The notes under the pieces: generated by a model
What the model was told of the DNA's origin: nothing
What the model saw: only the letters and a program-made list of their open reading frames with translations
Databases searched by the model: none
Translations under genes and position numbers: made by a program
Shown: positions 1 to 10,394 of the stretch, piece after piece
Layout: each line of letters starts with the position of its first letter
How positions within the stretch are numbered: position 1 is the first letter of the stretch
NCBI GenBank assembly: GCA_963806225.1
Contig: CAWDXG010000004.1
Coordinates: forward strand, 224,001-288,000
Direction: 5' to 3'
From: an uncultured delta proteobacterium
Lineage (GTDB): Bacteria; Myxococcota_A; Polyangia; Polyangiales; Polyangiaceae
DNA length: 64,000 nucleotides

Positions 1-95
1 TGACGTTCCGGTTTCTGCTCCGCGCGCCGCACTGAGGGCGCACCGAGGCCGGTCCGGGTCGGGCGCGCCGGGCGGCCAGCGCCGACCGCACCGAC

Positions 96-650
96 TCAGC
101 GGCGACGACGCGCGCGAGCGGGCACGGCGACGCCGCGCCGCTGTAGCGCGGCCAGCGCCCGGGCCAAAAGCGTGAACACGAACGTGCCGCCCGGGACATA
201 GCGCGACGGCTGTGCCTCGAGCCGGTGCAGGTAGTCCGCGGGGAGTCCATTCTCGCGCGCGCCCTCGCACAGCAGCTCGAGATAGCGCCTGGACGGCACG
301 AGTCCAGGCACGGGGCTGCGACTCGCGTACGCGGCCGCGCGAACGGGGCCGCTGTTGCGGCCGATGACCTCTACGTCGAGCAGCTGGTAGCCCGGGCTCT
401 CGGTGCTGTCGATCAGGGCGAACGCAGTCTCGGGGAGCTGCAGCAGCACGCCGTGGACGTCATGGCCGCGCGCCGCTTCGATACTGGCGAACGCCGGCTC
501 GAAGAACGGGAAGCCCCTCTCCGCGAACGTCAGGCGATAGTCCGGCAGCCGCGCCGGCTCGCGTGAGAGCGCTGTCACGCGCCGGGCAGACCGCACGCGC
601 GCGCACATGTTCGCCCCGAACGCGAAGTACCAGACGGGCTCGTCGCTCAT
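96..650 (-). CDS. gamma-glutamylcyclotransferase family protein
   Basis: Starts MSDEPVWYFAFGANM (YFAYGSN-like GGCT motif); later PSRRYLELLCEGARENGLP. Start moved to the internal ATG at 650. Confidence 0.8.
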   Translation of the reverse strand: MSDEPVWYFAFGANMCARVRSARRVTALSREPARLPDYRLTFAERGFPFFEPAFASIEAARGHDVHGVLLQLPETAFALIDSTESPGYQLLDVEVIGRNSGPVRAAAYASRSPVPGLVPSRRYLELLCEGARENGLPADYLHRLEAQPSRYVPGGTFVFTLLARALAALQRRGVAVPARARRRR

Positions 651-728
651 GCGCACCGGCCACAATAGCCCAGATCTGCCCATTTCCACGGCCTCGCCCA
701 CGGCCGGGAGCTGCGATAGGCTTCCGCC

Positions 729-1265
729 ATGTCCGACGACAGGAACTTCAAGGTACTGACGGCGGTCGGCCATGACCGTCCGGGGCTGGTGAGCGGCATC
801 TCCGAGCTGATCCACTCTTCGGGCGCGAACCTGGAAGACAGCCGCATGGCAATCCTCGGCGGCGAGTTCGCGCTGGTCCTCTTGTTCTCCGGAACGGCGG
901 ACGCCGTGACCAAGGTCGTCGAGGGCGCGCAGACCATGGGCGACAGGCTCGGGCTCGAGATCGGCGTCAAGGACACCAAGCACGCCCGCGGCGCGCGCGA
1001 CATCCTGCGCTACCGCCTCCGGGTGACCGGCCTCGATCATCCGGGTATCGTCCACACCATCACCGGCGCTCTGTCACAACGCGAGGTCAACGTCGCGTCG
1101 CTCCAGTCGCGTGTGGTCCACCTGCCGCTCAGCGGGACCCCGAACTTCGAGCTTGAAGTCGAGGTGGAGGTGCCGCCGAGCCTGTCCATCCCCGAACTGG
1201 AAGAGACCATCAGAGCGGTCTGTGCACGGGAGAACCTCGAGTTCAACTTCGAGCCCAGCACGTGA
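729..1265 (+). CDS. gcvR: tandem ACT-domain protein, glycine cleavage repressor GcvR-like
   Basis: LTAVGHDRPGLV...ANLEDSRM..LGGEFA and a second ACT motif GLDHPGIVH. Confidence 0.8.
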   Translation: MSDDRNFKVLTAVGHDRPGLVSGISELIHSSGANLEDSRMAILGGEFALVLLFSGTADAVTKVVEGAQTMGDRLGLEIGVKDTKHARGARDILRYRLRVTGLDHPGIVHTITGALSQREVNVASLQSRVVHLPLSGTPNFELEVEVEVPPSLSIPELEETIRAVCARENLEFNFEPST

Positions 1266-3373
1266 AGCCGCGTTGTGCGGGTGGTCTCTGGCTGCTCGCC
1301 TGCGCTCTCTGTGCGCCCGCCGCCCACTCCGGCCCACGGCTGGCGATCCACGGCCGCCACGTCGAGATCGAGCGGCAGCCGATCGTCGTCAAAGGTCTGC
1401 GGGTAGTCGGGCGCGCCGACGTTGTCGTGAAGCCCGAAGGCCGGCGCCTCGGCGCCTCGGCTCCTGCATTCGCGCCGCCGGCCGAGTTGGTTCCGCAGGT
1501 TTCGTCGCGCGAGGCGTTGCGGGCTGCCGAGCGGGCGGTCAGCGCTTCGGGAATGACTCTAGCGGGCGCCCGGCACCCGCCGGAGCTGGCTCTGCTGCCT
1601 TCGCCGCACGGTCTCCAGCTGGTGTGGGAAATCGACGGGCGCGCCGCGTGGCCGGGCGCGGACCGGGTGCCCGGCGTGCTGCTCGATGCGCAGACGGGGC
1701 GCGTGCTGGCGCTCTGGAACGAGGTGGAGCGCTTCGACCGGGCACGGGTCTACCCGGAAAACCCGGTCGTGACGCCAGCGCTCGACGACGTCGTCCTGGG
1801 CACCGATCCCGCTTCGACGCACATCGCGAGCGCCGAGCTCGAGACATTCGACTGCGTCGATCAGCACGACACACGCTCGACGCCGATCGGCACGCTGCAC
1901 CTCTGCCACCTGCTTCCGGTCGCCCAGCGCGACGCGAACGGCGATTTCCTCCTCGAGCCCGCCGCCGGCAGCGCGGCGGAGGATCCCTTCGCGGAGGTGG
2001 AGGCGTTCTTCGCGGCCCGGCGCGCGCTCGAGGAGTTCCAGGGATTCGGGCTCCCCGCTCTGTCGACCCAGCCGCTGCCGCTGGTCGTGAACATGATGCT
2101 GCCAGCCGGCATCGACAGCGGAAATGCCGCACAGATGAGTGACCCGACGCTCCCGCTCGAGCCCTATGCGGGCGCTGCCTACCGGACTTCGAGCCCCGTG
2201 GTCGGCGAGCCCGCAGGCCTGGACGGACCGGCAATCTGGCTCGGCCAGGGTTCCGTCGCCGACATGGCCTACGACAGCGACGTGGTGAGCCACGAAATGG
2301 TGCACGCGGTCGTCGACAGCACGGTGCGACTCGTGCCGTGGATGCACGCCGACGACCAGGGCCTTTCAGGATCGCCGTCGGCGCTGAACGAGGGACTCGC
2401 CGACTATTTCGCCGGCGCGCTCGCCGGAGATCCGCACATCGGCGAGTACGCCGCGAAGAACTTCGGCCTACCGGAGATGCGCTCCATCGAGGGCCCGGCC
2501 CGCTGCCCCGAAGAGCTCGTGGGCGAGCCGCACGCCGACTCGCTGATCGTATCGCGCGCATTGTGGAGCGTGCGCCGCGGTCTAGCGCCGGACCGGCGCA
2601 GCGCATTCGACGAAGCGGTGTTCGACGCGCTGGTTTCGCTGCCCACGGGCGAGCCGGGCTTCGACGACTTCGGCCGGCAGCTGATCGCCGTGGTCCAGGC
2701 GTCGGAGCCCGCGGTGCTGCCGGCACTGCGCACGGAGCTGGCCGCGCGAGGCATCTATCCGGCGTGCCGCCGTGCCCTCGCGTGGACCGGCTCGCCGCTG
2801 GAAGCGCCCATCCCCGGCGGCCGCTACGTGGCACCCGGCCTGTACGACAGCCCCTGGGCCAACAACGGTCGACCGTCGCCGCTCGGCTACGCCCCGGGGA
2901 TCGTGCAGTTCACGGCGGAAGTGCCACCCGGAAGCGCCGCTGTGACCGTACGCTTCCAGGCCTGGGACGCGAACCCGGCCCCGCGGGTAGTGCTGGCGCG
3001 CGACGGCAGGATCGATTTCGACTGGAACGTGCCGCAGGCTGGCGCCGACCGGGACGCGGCGGCCACCAGCGCCGACGGACAGCACTTCGAGGCGCACTTC
3101 GCGCTTCCGCGGGGTACGGAGCGCCTGGCGGCCATGATCGTCGACTCCGGCACTCTGGCCTTCACCTACAGCACAGTGGACTTCGGCTTCGAGCCCGCAC
3201 CCCCCGCCGCCACCCAGCAGGCGGCCGCTCCCGCCCTTGTCGCGATGGGAGGCTGCGCCTGCCACGCTGCTCCGGAGCCGGGTCGACACGGCGCCGCGCT
3301 GCTGCTCCTGGGCGCGCTGGGCTTCATGAGCGGTCGTCGAAGAGCGCGCCGGAGGGCCCGTACAAGGGCCTAG
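1262..3373 (+). CDS. secreted M4/M36-like zinc metallopeptidase with MYXO-CTERM-type tail
   Basis: Signal peptide; HEMVH and NEGLADYF zinc motifs; C-terminal GGCAC, hydrophobic segment, RRR. Confidence 0.8.
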   Translation: MKPRCAGGLWLLACALCAPAAHSGPRLAIHGRHVEIERQPIVVKGLRVVGRADVVVKPEGRRLGASAPAFAPPAELVPQVSSREALRAAERAVSASGMTLAGARHPPELALLPSPHGLQLVWEIDGRAAWPGADRVPGVLLDAQTGRVLALWNEVERFDRARVYPENPVVTPALDDVVLGTDPASTHIASAELETFDCVDQHDTRSTPIGTLHLCHLLPVAQRDANGDFLLEPAAGSAAEDPFAEVEAFFAARRALEEFQGFGLPALSTQPLPLVVNMMLPAGIDSGNAAQMSDPTLPLEPYAGAAYRTSSPVVGEPAGLDGPAIWLGQGSVADMAYDSDVVSHEMVHAVVDSTVRLVPWMHADDQGLSGSPSALNEGLADYFAGALAGDPHIGEYAAKNFGLPEMRSIEGPARCPEELVGEPHADSLIVSRALWSVRRGLAPDRRSAFDEAVFDALVSLPTGEPGFDDFGRQLIAVVQASEPAVLPALRTELAARGIYPACRRALAWTGSPLEAPIPGGRYVAPGLYDSPWANNGRPSPLGYAPGIVQFTAEVPPGSAAVTVRFQAWDANPAPRVVLARDGRIDFDWNVPQAGADRDAAATSADGQHFEAHFALPRGTERLAAMIVDSGTLAFTYSTVDFGFEPAPPAATQQAAAPALVAMGGCACHAAPEPGRHGAALLLLGALGFMSGRRRARRRARTRA

Positions 3374-3455
3374 CCTCGTCCCGTTGCGGCTACCAGGACC
3401 TACGGATTCCGCTGATGTTTGAGATCAAGCCGCTTTGGGTCATGATACGCGATCT

Positions 3456-4220
3456 GTGGGATTCGACCTGGGCTTCGCAACGTGCTTCGAGGTCGATCAG
3501 GATCTGATCGAGCAGGCGCTGACCCCTGCCCGCTTGCTCAACGATCCCGCACCGCGCGACAAGATCTTTGCGCTGATCGAGCGCATGGCCCGCATCGCGC
3601 GACCACGTCAGGGAGCTGCCCGGCTCCTGACCGTCTTCGCGCGCCTCGCGGAATGCGGCTGGCTGGAGGGCGAGCTCGAGATCCTGCTCTGCGATCTGGG
3701 CGAGGCCACGGGCATCGACGTCATGCTGCACGACGGCCTCAGCTTCGTGAGGCTGCACGCGCCGATCCGGGTCGGCGTGCCGTTCAACGAGTTCACCACC
3801 GCCTTCGAGCGTGATCCGCTGGCGGTTTCGCCGCTGGAACAGGCTCCGGCCGACCTGGACGTGCTCCGGCTGCGCGCCACCGAGGCCACGCATTCGCGCG
3901 GCGCGCGGAACGCCGCGGAGTTCCAGATCCCGGACGCGGCGCCCACCGAGGAGCTGGTGTCGAAACCGACGGTCAAGCTGCGCACCGTGACGATCCCACG
4001 CGAGGCCTATCGCGATGGCCAGCCCCCGGACGCCGCGGGCAGCCACTCGGCCGACACCGCACGCGCGGACACCGGCGACAGCGAGCAGCGGGCCTCGGAA
4101 CCGATCACGGTCGAGATGCAGGCCGTGCGCCCGGAAGAAGCGCCGGACGAGCCAGCGCCGGCCTCGGAAACCCCGGAAACGAAGCGCGTGGTGGACGACA
4201 TCGACGAGGGCTGGGAGTAG
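3456..4220 (+). CDS. hypothetical protein
   Basis: Long ORF with typical codon bias; start uncertain (GTG 3456 or TTG 3435). Confidence 0.6.
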   Translation: MGFDLGFATCFEVDQDLIEQALTPARLLNDPAPRDKIFALIERMARIARPRQGAARLLTVFARLAECGWLEGELEILLCDLGEATGIDVMLHDGLSFVRLHAPIRVGVPFNEFTTAFERDPLAVSPLEQAPADLDVLRLRATEATHSRGARNAAEFQIPDAAPTEELVSKPTVKLRTVTIPREAYRDGQPPDAAGSHSADTARADTGDSEQRASEPITVEMQAVRPEEAPDEPAPASETPETKRVVDDIDEGWE

Positions 4221-4239
4221 TCGCATACAATGCCGGGCC

Positions 4240-5781
4240 ATGAGCGAGCTCGACATCTGCCCCGCCGACGAGAGTCCCCTGCCCCCGGTCGAGTATTCGT
4301 CGCCCGACGACGTGAAGCGGGCGGTCGAGAGGGCCCGGAAGGCACAGCGCGCCTGGGCGGAGCTGTCGATCGGCGAACGCGCCGAACGGCTGCTGGCCGT
4401 CGCGCAGCGCATCCTGGAAGGACAGGACGAGATCTGCCGTATCCTCGAACAGGAAACCGGGCGCTCGCCGACCGAGTCGCGGATGACCGAGATCGCGACC
4501 ACCGCGGACTATGTCAAGGGCGTGATCCGGGCAGGCATGAAGGCGCTCGCCCCGGAGCGAATCAAGCTCTCCGCGTTGGACTTCCCGGGCAAGAAGGTCG
4601 TCGTCGAGGTGGTGCCGCGCGGGGTCATCGGCATCATCGCGCCCTGGAACTACCCGGTTTCGAACTTCTACAAGTCGGTGTGGCCCGCGCTGCTCGCGGG
4701 CAACGGCGTCGTGCTGAAGCCGTCGGAGCACACGCCGCGCTCCGGAGCATGGCTCGCCGCACAGCTTGCCGGCGCGCTGCCGGAGGGCCTCGTCGGGCTG
4801 GTGCAGGGCAAGGGCGAAGTCGGCCAGGCGCTGATCGACAGCGGCATCGACAGCATCGTCTTCACCGGCTCGGTGCCGACCGGGCGGCGCGTGGCGCTCG
4901 CCGCGGCCGAGCGGCTCATCCCGAGCTCGCTCGAGCTCGGCGGCAAGGACGCGGCGATCGTGCTCGCCGACTGCGACATGCCGCGCACCGTGGCGGGCGT
5001 GCTGCAGTGGTCGATGCACAACGCGGGACAGAACTGCGCAGCCATCGAACGGGTGTACGTCGAAGAAGCGATCGCCGATGCGTTCGTGGACAAGCTCGGC
5101 AAGGCGGCCCAGCGTCTGAAGGTGGCGCCTGAGGAAGGCCCGTCGGATCTCGGCCCGCTGCAGAACGCCGCGCAGCTCGCCATCGTGGAAGCGCACGTGG
5201 CGGACGCGAAGAAAAAGGGAGCCCGCGTGATGAGCGGCGGTGAGCGCACCGGACGCGGCTTCGGCTACCGGCCGACGGTGCTCGACGGCTGCAGCGACGA
5301 GATGCGCGTCGTGCGCGAAGAGACTTTCGGCCCCGTGGTGGCCATCGTGCGCGTGAAGGACGCGGAAGAGGCGCTTCGCCGCGCCAACGACTCGCCGTAT
5401 GGGTTGAACGGCTCGGTGTGGACGCGGAACATCGAGCGCGGCGAGGCGCTCGCGCGCCGGCTCGAGGTCGGCGTGGCGCTCGTGAACAACCACTCGTTCA
5501 CCGGCATCCTGCCCGAGACTCCCTGGACCGGCGTGAAGGACACCGGCCCCGGCATCGCGGCCAGCCGACATGCCTACGCGCACCTCGTGCGCCCGCGCAC
5601 GCTGCTCGTCGACCGCTCGAAGAAGCCTGATCCTTTCTGGTTCCCGGCAAACGCGGACCTCGAGCAGATGAGCCTGGCGCTGGTCGAGCGCAACAAGGGC
5701 TCGTTCATGGCGCTATTCAAGCTGGCCGGACTGCTCGGCAAGCGCGTCAAGGCGATCCGGCAGCGTATCGCCGACTCCTAG
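4240..5781 (+). CDS. aldehyde dehydrogenase family protein
   Basis: PWNYP, FTGS, ELGGK, NAGQNC and EETFGP motifs. Confidence 0.95.
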   Translation: MSELDICPADESPLPPVEYSSPDDVKRAVERARKAQRAWAELSIGERAERLLAVAQRILEGQDEICRILEQETGRSPTESRMTEIATTADYVKGVIRAGMKALAPERIKLSALDFPGKKVVVEVVPRGVIGIIAPWNYPVSNFYKSVWPALLAGNGVVLKPSEHTPRSGAWLAAQLAGALPEGLVGLVQGKGEVGQALIDSGIDSIVFTGSVPTGRRVALAAAERLIPSSLELGGKDAAIVLADCDMPRTVAGVLQWSMHNAGQNCAAIERVYVEEAIADAFVDKLGKAAQRLKVAPEEGPSDLGPLQNAAQLAIVEAHVADAKKKGARVMSGGERTGRGFGYRPTVLDGCSDEMRVVREETFGPVVAIVRVKDAEEALRRANDSPYGLNGSVWTRNIERGEALARRLEVGVALVNNHSFTGILPETPWTGVKDTGPGIAASRHAYAHLVRPRTLLVDRSKKPDPFWFPANADLEQMSLALVERNKGSFMALFKLAGLLGKRVKAIRQRIADS

Positions 5782-5828
5782 GGCGGCGGATTCGCGACGG
5801 CGCGGGGCCGCATGCTAGCCTTGGACAC

Positions 5829-6560
5829 ATGGCCTCGCGGCGTCGTCTGGAGCTCGCGGCGCTGCTCGCCGCGGTCGCCTCGCTGGCTGCCTCCGGGCTC
5901 GCTGCCGGCGAGCTCGACCCGCCCGCTGCCGCGCCGCCGGTATTGCCCGCGCCACGTGCCGTTCCCACGCCGGCATCTCGACCCGTCGCTCCCCTGCCCT
6001 GGGTCGCGCGGCTGTATCCGCTGCACGTGGAAAACCTCAACACGCGCGCCGAGGCAAACCTCGTGCTGTTCCGCCCCGACGGCAGCGTCGATCCGCGCGT
6101 CGTGGAGACGTTCAGCGCCGTCTCCGCGCGCGGCGAAGACGACGTGTGGCCACTCAGGACGCGGCTGGTCGAGCTCGCGTTCAAGACGGCCTATCACTTC
6201 GGCGCGGGTTCCCTCGTGATCCTCTCGGCCTACCGCCCGCACGCCGGCTATCACTCGAAGTGCGCCGCACTGGATTTCCAGCTTCCCGGCGTGAACGCAA
6301 AGAAGCTTTCGGCTTGGCTGCGCCGACTGCCACGGGCCGGCGTGGGCGTGTACACCCACCCACGGACGCAGTTCGTCCACCTCGACGTGCGCCGGATGAG
6401 CTACCACTGGCTGGACGCCTCGCCGCCCGGCGTGACGTGGAAGGAGCTGCGCCTGCGCGATCCGTCCTACCGCGAGCGCGACGCAAGCTACACGCCCGCC
6501 AGCGATCTGCCACTCGTCACGCCTCGGCCGCCGGAGCCGCCTCACGGCGCGCGGCGGTAG
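5829..6560 (+). CDS. YcbK/DUF882-like M15 peptidase
   Basis: LSAYRP...H..CAALDF...GVGVY...FVHLDVR; N-terminal signal peptide. Confidence 0.8.
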   Translation: MASRRRLELAALLAAVASLAASGLAAGELDPPAAAPPVLPAPRAVPTPASRPVAPLPWVARLYPLHVENLNTRAEANLVLFRPDGSVDPRVVETFSAVSARGEDDVWPLRTRLVELAFKTAYHFGAGSLVILSAYRPHAGYHSKCAALDFQLPGVNAKKLSAWLRRLPRAGVGVYTHPRTQFVHLDVRRMSYHWLDASPPGVTWKELRLRDPSYRERDASYTPASDLPLVTPRPPEPPHGARR

Positions 6561-8454
6561 GATCGGTGGTCGGGCGCACTGCCGCGGGCACGAACTCGCG
6601 CAGGTGCCAGGCGTAGAGGAAGAGCTGCGTCTCGCTGCGCTTGAGGGCGTCGCGGACCCGCGTCACCGAGAGGGCGCCCGTCACCACCATCCCCAACGAG
6701 ATGACGACCAGGAACAGCAGCGTCGGAATGCGCGGCAGCTCGATAGCTCCTGGGGTCACGGTCAGCCCCGCGCTCGAGAAGACGTAGTCGCCCGGCAGCA
6801 TCCCACCTGCCCAGACCGCGAGCACCCCCAGGATGGTCAGACACGCGGTGGCGACGGCGAAGCGCCGGTACGCCGGATCGAGATTCAGCGCAAAGCCCGT
6901 GGTGTTCACTGCAATGATGCCGGGCGTCACGACCAGCGGCCCGAACAACGCCGCCGTGCACGCGAACGCGATGTTGCTCACCACCATCACCAAAAGGACG
7001 CCCCACACGGGCGGCGAGCGGCGCGACGCGGTCCAGAAGCTGACGCCACTGGCACACACGGCCGCGACGTACATCGCGACGAGCCAGCCCCACTGCCGTA
7101 CTCCGCCCCACCAGAGCAGCGGCAGATACCCGAACAGGCTCAGGTAGGCGAAGCCCCCGATCTTTCCGATCCAGCGCAACTTGTCGCGGTCGTTCCGGTC
7201 GAGCTCCATCTGGACCTCGGGCGGGAGCACGCGCGGCGGCTCGGCCAGCAGGCGCACCAGGGTCTCCATGGCCGTCGTGTTGTCGGGATCGAGCGCCAGA
7301 GCGCGTCCGATCTCGCGCATCGCGCGCCGGCGCTCCTCGAAGCCGGGGCTCCACTCGCTGCGTGCCCGGTCCGCCGCTTCGCCCGCGGACTTCGCGTGTC
7401 GTCGCGCCATGCTGCGGCGAAGCTCTACGTCGCGCTCTCCGTCCTCGAACCGCTCGATCGCTTCGTTCAAGGCGCGCGCGCTCTGGAAGCGCTGGCCAGG
7501 GTCCAGCGCGGTGGCGCGCACGACGATCTCTTCCAGCTCTGGCGGCACGTCGCTCTCCGGCGCGCGCAGCGATGGTCGCGACTCCACGCCGGCGAGCGTC
7601 GAGCTCATCACCTCCTGGATGGTCTCGCCCTCGTGCAGGGGACGTTGCGTGAGCATCTCGAACAGGATGACGCCGAGGGAATAAACGTCCGCACGCGGTC
7701 CCACGTCGGAAAGCTCGCCGCGCATCTGTTCGGGCGCCATGTAGCCGGGAGTTCCGAGCACGGCGCCTGCGCGGGTCTCGCTCGTGCGCGGGCCCGCGAT
7801 GACGGCACTCGCTCCGCGTTCGATGGGTAGATCCGTAGCGCCGAGCACGCGCGCCAGACCCCAGTCGAGCACGTACACCTCGCCATAGTCGCCGAGCATG
7901 ATGTTGCCCGGCTTGAGGTCCCGGTGCACGACGCCGCGGCGGTGAGCGAAGTCGACCGCGAGGCACACGCTCGAAAACGCCGCTAGCAGCCGCCTTCGCG
8001 AGTAGTCCGCACCGCGGCCCTGGCGCAGATCGTCGATGACCTGTTCCAGCGTGGCACCGCGCACGCGCTTCATCGTGAAGTACATCGCGCCGTCGGGATC
8101 GACGCCGAGATCGTAGACCGGCACCACCGCCGGGTGCTCGAGCTGGCCCTGGATGCGCGCCTCGCGCAGGAAGCGCGTCTCGGCCTCGCTGTGTCCAAGG
8201 CGATGCGGTTGCAGACGCTTCATCGCCACGCGTCGCCAGATCTGCTGATCGCCGCAGAGCGCCACGACTCCCATGCCGCCCTGTCCGAGTACGGCCTCCT
8301 GCCGGTAGCGGTGCGGAAAGTCGAGCGGCGAGATCGGCGCGGCGATCGCGCCCCCATCGCGCGCTCCGCCATCCACTTCCGCTGTCGGCGCCATGCGCGT
8401 ACCGGCATCCAGCGTGACGCGCCTATCGTCCGAGTCGGGCGTATCGAACTGCAT
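6517..8454 (-). CDS. membrane-anchored Ser/Thr protein kinase
   Basis: GQGGMG, VAMK, HRDLKPGN, DWG, GTPGYMAPE; several C-terminal TM helices. Confidence 0.92.
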   Translation of the reverse strand: MQFDTPDSDDRRVTLDAGTRMAPTAEVDGGARDGGAIAAPISPLDFPHRYRQEAVLGQGGMGVVALCGDQQIWRRVAMKRLQPHRLGHSEAETRFLREARIQGQLEHPAVVPVYDLGVDPDGAMYFTMKRVRGATLEQVIDDLRQGRGADYSRRRLLAAFSSVCLAVDFAHRRGVVHRDLKPGNIMLGDYGEVYVLDWGLARVLGATDLPIERGASAVIAGPRTSETRAGAVLGTPGYMAPEQMRGELSDVGPRADVYSLGVILFEMLTQRPLHEGETIQEVMSSTLAGVESRPSLRAPESDVPPELEEIVVRATALDPGQRFQSARALNEAIERFEDGERDVELRRSMARRHAKSAGEAADRARSEWSPGFEERRRAMREIGRALALDPDNTTAMETLVRLLAEPPRVLPPEVQMELDRNDRDKLRWIGKIGGFAYLSLFGYLPLLWWGGVRQWGWLVAMYVAAVCASGVSFWTASRRSPPVWGVLLVMVVSNIAFACTAALFGPLVVTPGIIAVNTTGFALNLDPAYRRFAVATACLTILGVLAVWAGGMLPGDYVFSSAGLTVTPGAIELPRIPTLLFLVVISLGMVVTGALSVTRVRDALKRSETQLFLYAWHLREFVPAAVRPTTDPTAARREAAPAAEA

Positions 8455-8505
8455 CCACCCAGGATAGACGACCCTGGAGCCGGCGTCGGCCGGCATGCGT
8501 GTCTA

Positions 8506-9600
8506 CTACTGGAGGCAGCCGATACGCTTTTTCGCGACGACCATGTCGTCGTACCAGACGCTGCCGCTCGCGCCCGCGTCGGTGATGTAGTTCTGGGGCC
8601 AGAACGCGTCGAGCTTGAGTGCGGTGGTGCTGCGGTACTGGAGATCCATCGGGATCATCGTGGTTCCGGAAGCGGGCGGGTAGTTCGTGCACTCGGGGCT
8701 GTCGGCCAGCGCGGAGCAGAACTTGTCGCGGACCCAGTAGCCGAGCGGCTTCGCATCGGTGAACTGGATGACGGATTGGTCGTTGACCCACAGACCGAGC
8801 TCGGCGCCCTTGCCGTTCGCGCCGCTGGGGTTGAGCTTGATGTGCAGCTCGATGCACATCCACTGGTCACCGGGCGCCACGATCGACTTCTCGTGGACCA
8901 GCGAATTGCCGTAGTAGGCGGTGCTGCCGCTCGGCTGCGCCATCCAGGAGTGCATGTCCATCCAGTAGTTGTAGAAGTCCATGCGGACGTTCTGGCCCTG
9001 CTCCATCGGCTCTAGCGATACGCTGAAGCGATCGTCGCCGTTGGGCTTGAGCCCCGCCTGGGGGTTCGGCCACTTCGACGCCGGGTTGTAGCCGCCGACC
9101 CACACGCCGGTGTGGTGCCATTTCACGTTCGCCTGGTACTTGGCGTAGTAACGGACGTAGAGCTCTTGGTAGCCGGGTGCGAGGTTCTTGTAGAAGTCGG
9201 TCGCGTTCGCGCCATCACCGCTGGCGGTGAGCTTCATCGATGCCTTGCCGCCGCTCTTCGCCGGCACGTCGGAGACCAGCGCCATGCCGGCGGAATTCTT
9301 GTGGTCGTCGTAGCGTCCGGTGACGGCGCCGACCGAGCCTTCTTCGAAGTTCTCCGCCCAGACCACATCGGGGTCCTGGCCGATGCCGACGTCGCCTGGA
9401 TACTTCGACGCGATGCCTCCGGCGCCACTGCCGGCGCTACCCGCGCTGCCTCCGGCGCCACTGCCGCTCGTTCCGCCGCTCGCAGACGACCCACCGCTAC
9501 CGCCGCTGCCCGCCGCTCCGCTGTTGCCTCCCGAGCTCCCGCACCCAGAACCGAGGGCCAGCAACGACGCCGCACCGACGTAGAGCCAAGTGTGTCTCAT
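8506..9600 (-). CDS. lipoprotein with Gly/Ser linker and putative carbohydrate-active beta-sandwich domain
   Basis: Lipobox LGSGC and GGS linker; aromatic-rich domain reminiscent of polysaccharide lyase/ConA folds (weak). Confidence 0.6.
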   Translation of the reverse strand: MRHTWLYVGAASLLALGSGCGSSGGNSGAAGSGGSGGSSASGGTSGSGAGGSAGSAGSGAGGIASKYPGDVGIGQDPDVVWAENFEEGSVGAVTGRYDDHKNSAGMALVSDVPAKSGGKASMKLTASGDGANATDFYKNLAPGYQELYVRYYAKYQANVKWHHTGVWVGGYNPASKWPNPQAGLKPNGDDRFSVSLEPMEQGQNVRMDFYNYWMDMHSWMAQPSGSTAYYGNSLVHEKSIVAPGDQWMCIELHIKLNPSGANGKGAELGLWVNDQSVIQFTDAKPLGYWVRDKFCSALADSPECTNYPPASGTTMIPMDLQYRSTTALKLDAFWPQNYITDAGASGSVWYDDMVVAKKRIGCLQ

Positions 9601-9666
9601 CAAGACCCTCCGCGACCGACAGGCTATCAGCTCGCGGTGGTTGCCGTCACCAGCTGGTGCGGTGCG

Positions 9667-10200
9667 TCACTCCGCTTGCGCGATTTTCGCGGCGTTGTCC
9701 TGTTGGAAGAACGGCAGCGAAGTCGGACGCGCTTCCGCGACCAGGCTCATCGCAGCGACGACGCAGGCGAGCAGCACGGCAGCGTGACGTTCGGCGGGCC
9801 AGGCGCTCACGTGTTCGAACAGCGTGCCGAGCACACGCCCGGGCCAGGGCCTGAGGCGAAGCAGCAGATCCTGTGCCTCGCCCGTCGCCCGCGCGGTCGC
9901 GCGTCGCATCGCCTCGGAAGGCTCGACCCACTCCGCGGGCCCGGATGCCGGGCTCGCCCACCAGCCGGGGGGCGGCTTCGAGCGGCGCGCCGAGCGCCGT
10001 CCGCGGTCGTACGCAGCGCGACGCCCGGCATCGAGCAGCACGCCGGCGGCGACGTTGATCGCCGCCATGCGCTGCTCTGCGGCGAGACGGTCGAACGGGT
10101 TGAGATCCGGGTGGCTCTGCATCGCGAGCCGGCGGTACGCCCTGCGGATGTGGTCCGGCGAGGCGTCGCGTGGAACGCCCAGCACCTCGTACAGATCCAT
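9667..10200 (-). CDS. J-domain (DnaJ-like) protein with C-terminal TM segment
   Basis: MDLYEVLGV...RAYRRLAMQSHPDLN (HPD motif). Confidence 0.88.
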   Translation of the reverse strand: MDLYEVLGVPRDASPDHIRRAYRRLAMQSHPDLNPFDRLAAEQRMAAINVAAGVLLDAGRRAAYDRGRRSARRSKPPPGWWASPASGPAEWVEPSEAMRRATARATGEAQDLLLRLRPWPGRVLGTLFEHVSAWPAERHAAVLLACVVAAMSLVAEARPTSLPFFQQDNAAKIAQAE

Positions 10201-10394
10201 TGCCAGCACGTCCTTGCCGAACCGCATATCTCGACCTCGCGAAACCCGGAACCTCCAGCATACGACAGCGCAGGATGCGACATGTTCCCGGAAAACCTGT
10301 CCACGCCCACAGTGTGTGTGCACCCCCCACAATTGTCGGGCGCTCCGGGGGCGGCGGGCACCGGGAGCCGCCCGATTCGGATAGACTGGCCGGC